From Camelus ferus (Eukaryota), in contig NC_045697.1 in NCBI RefSeq assembly GCF_009834535.1, positions 71,302,001 to 71,366,000 on the forward strand: DNA of 64,000 nucleotides, written 5' to 3'. Below the pieces are notes generated by a model, which had not been told where the DNA came from, did no database searches, and worked only from the letters and a program-made list of their open reading frames with translations. Of the stretch, positions 63,540 through 64,000 are shown piece after piece. Made by a program: the position numbers and the translations under genes. Position 1 is the stretch's first letter; every line of letters starts with the position of its first letter.

Positions 63540-64000
63540 TCAAAGATGAATTATGTGAAGGGATACATCCAATTTCTGTATGATGAAACTATGAACAAAT
63601 AATGTGTGGAAAAACTTCTTTACATATGCAAAAAATGCCAGAAAAATTTTGCCACAAGATAGAAGAAAAGAATAACCTAATTGTAAATTGAGTAAGAAAA
63701 ATGTCATGAAGTAATTGCAGCTATGAAGGCAGACTGAAGAAATAATACAAGAACTTGGCAGACAATATGGCCAGGCAATTGGAACCAAGACCAGAAAACA
63801 GAGGGAAAAATGGAAAATAGAAGAATACAGGAAAGAACTAGAAGTAAATGAGATCATTTCAGAAATAGAGACCAAATTAAAAGGACTTAAGAGTGAATAG
63901 ACATTACAGAAAGCATGACAAGAATGAGATGGGTTAATGGCAAAAGCAAACAAAATGAGGCAGCAAACAAGAAAGATTTCAAAAGATTAGGGAGAAATTT
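63540..64000 (+). mobile_element. Old L1/HAL1-like ORF1 coiled-coil remnant (runs off the window)
   Basis: A-rich sequence with ORF1-like gaaatagagaccaaattaaaagga...aatagacattacagaaa. Confidence 0.45.

Noticed and set aside
1..64000. Prokaryotic-type systems (CRISPR, operons, defence islands)
   Set aside because: The sequence is mammalian and has no repeat-spacer arrays or dense long ORFs.

Overview
This is mammalian genomic DNA: AT-rich, CpG-depleted and dense in repeats. It is very probably camelid (alpaca, llama or camel), because it carries two camelid-type tRNA-derived SINEs and L1 3' ends of the Vicugna type. I recognise no host protein-coding exon, rRNA, genuine tRNA or CRISPR, and nearly all listed ORFs are spurious or L1/microsatellite-derived. 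The main non-repeat feature is one CpG island (~10.35-10.9 kb) that looks like a bidirectional promoter. It has a consensus splice donor on each side and a short ORF in each putative first exon. The minus-strand transcript may splice to an exon starting at base 10 and leave the window. The plus-strand side shows only candidate non-coding exons. The rest is L1, L2, MIR, MaLR/ERVL LTRs and hAT/Tigger DNA transposons, often nested with readable target-site duplications (TSDs). The most unusual items are a SINE that appears to have moved together with ~135 nt of L1MC-derived 3' sequence, a decayed ERVL-class integrase core, and an LTR33/primer-binding-site (PBS) junction. I see no evidence of a new multi-gene system. 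Repeat family names are recalled by eye from consensus sequences, and boundaries are approximate unless a TSD is quoted.
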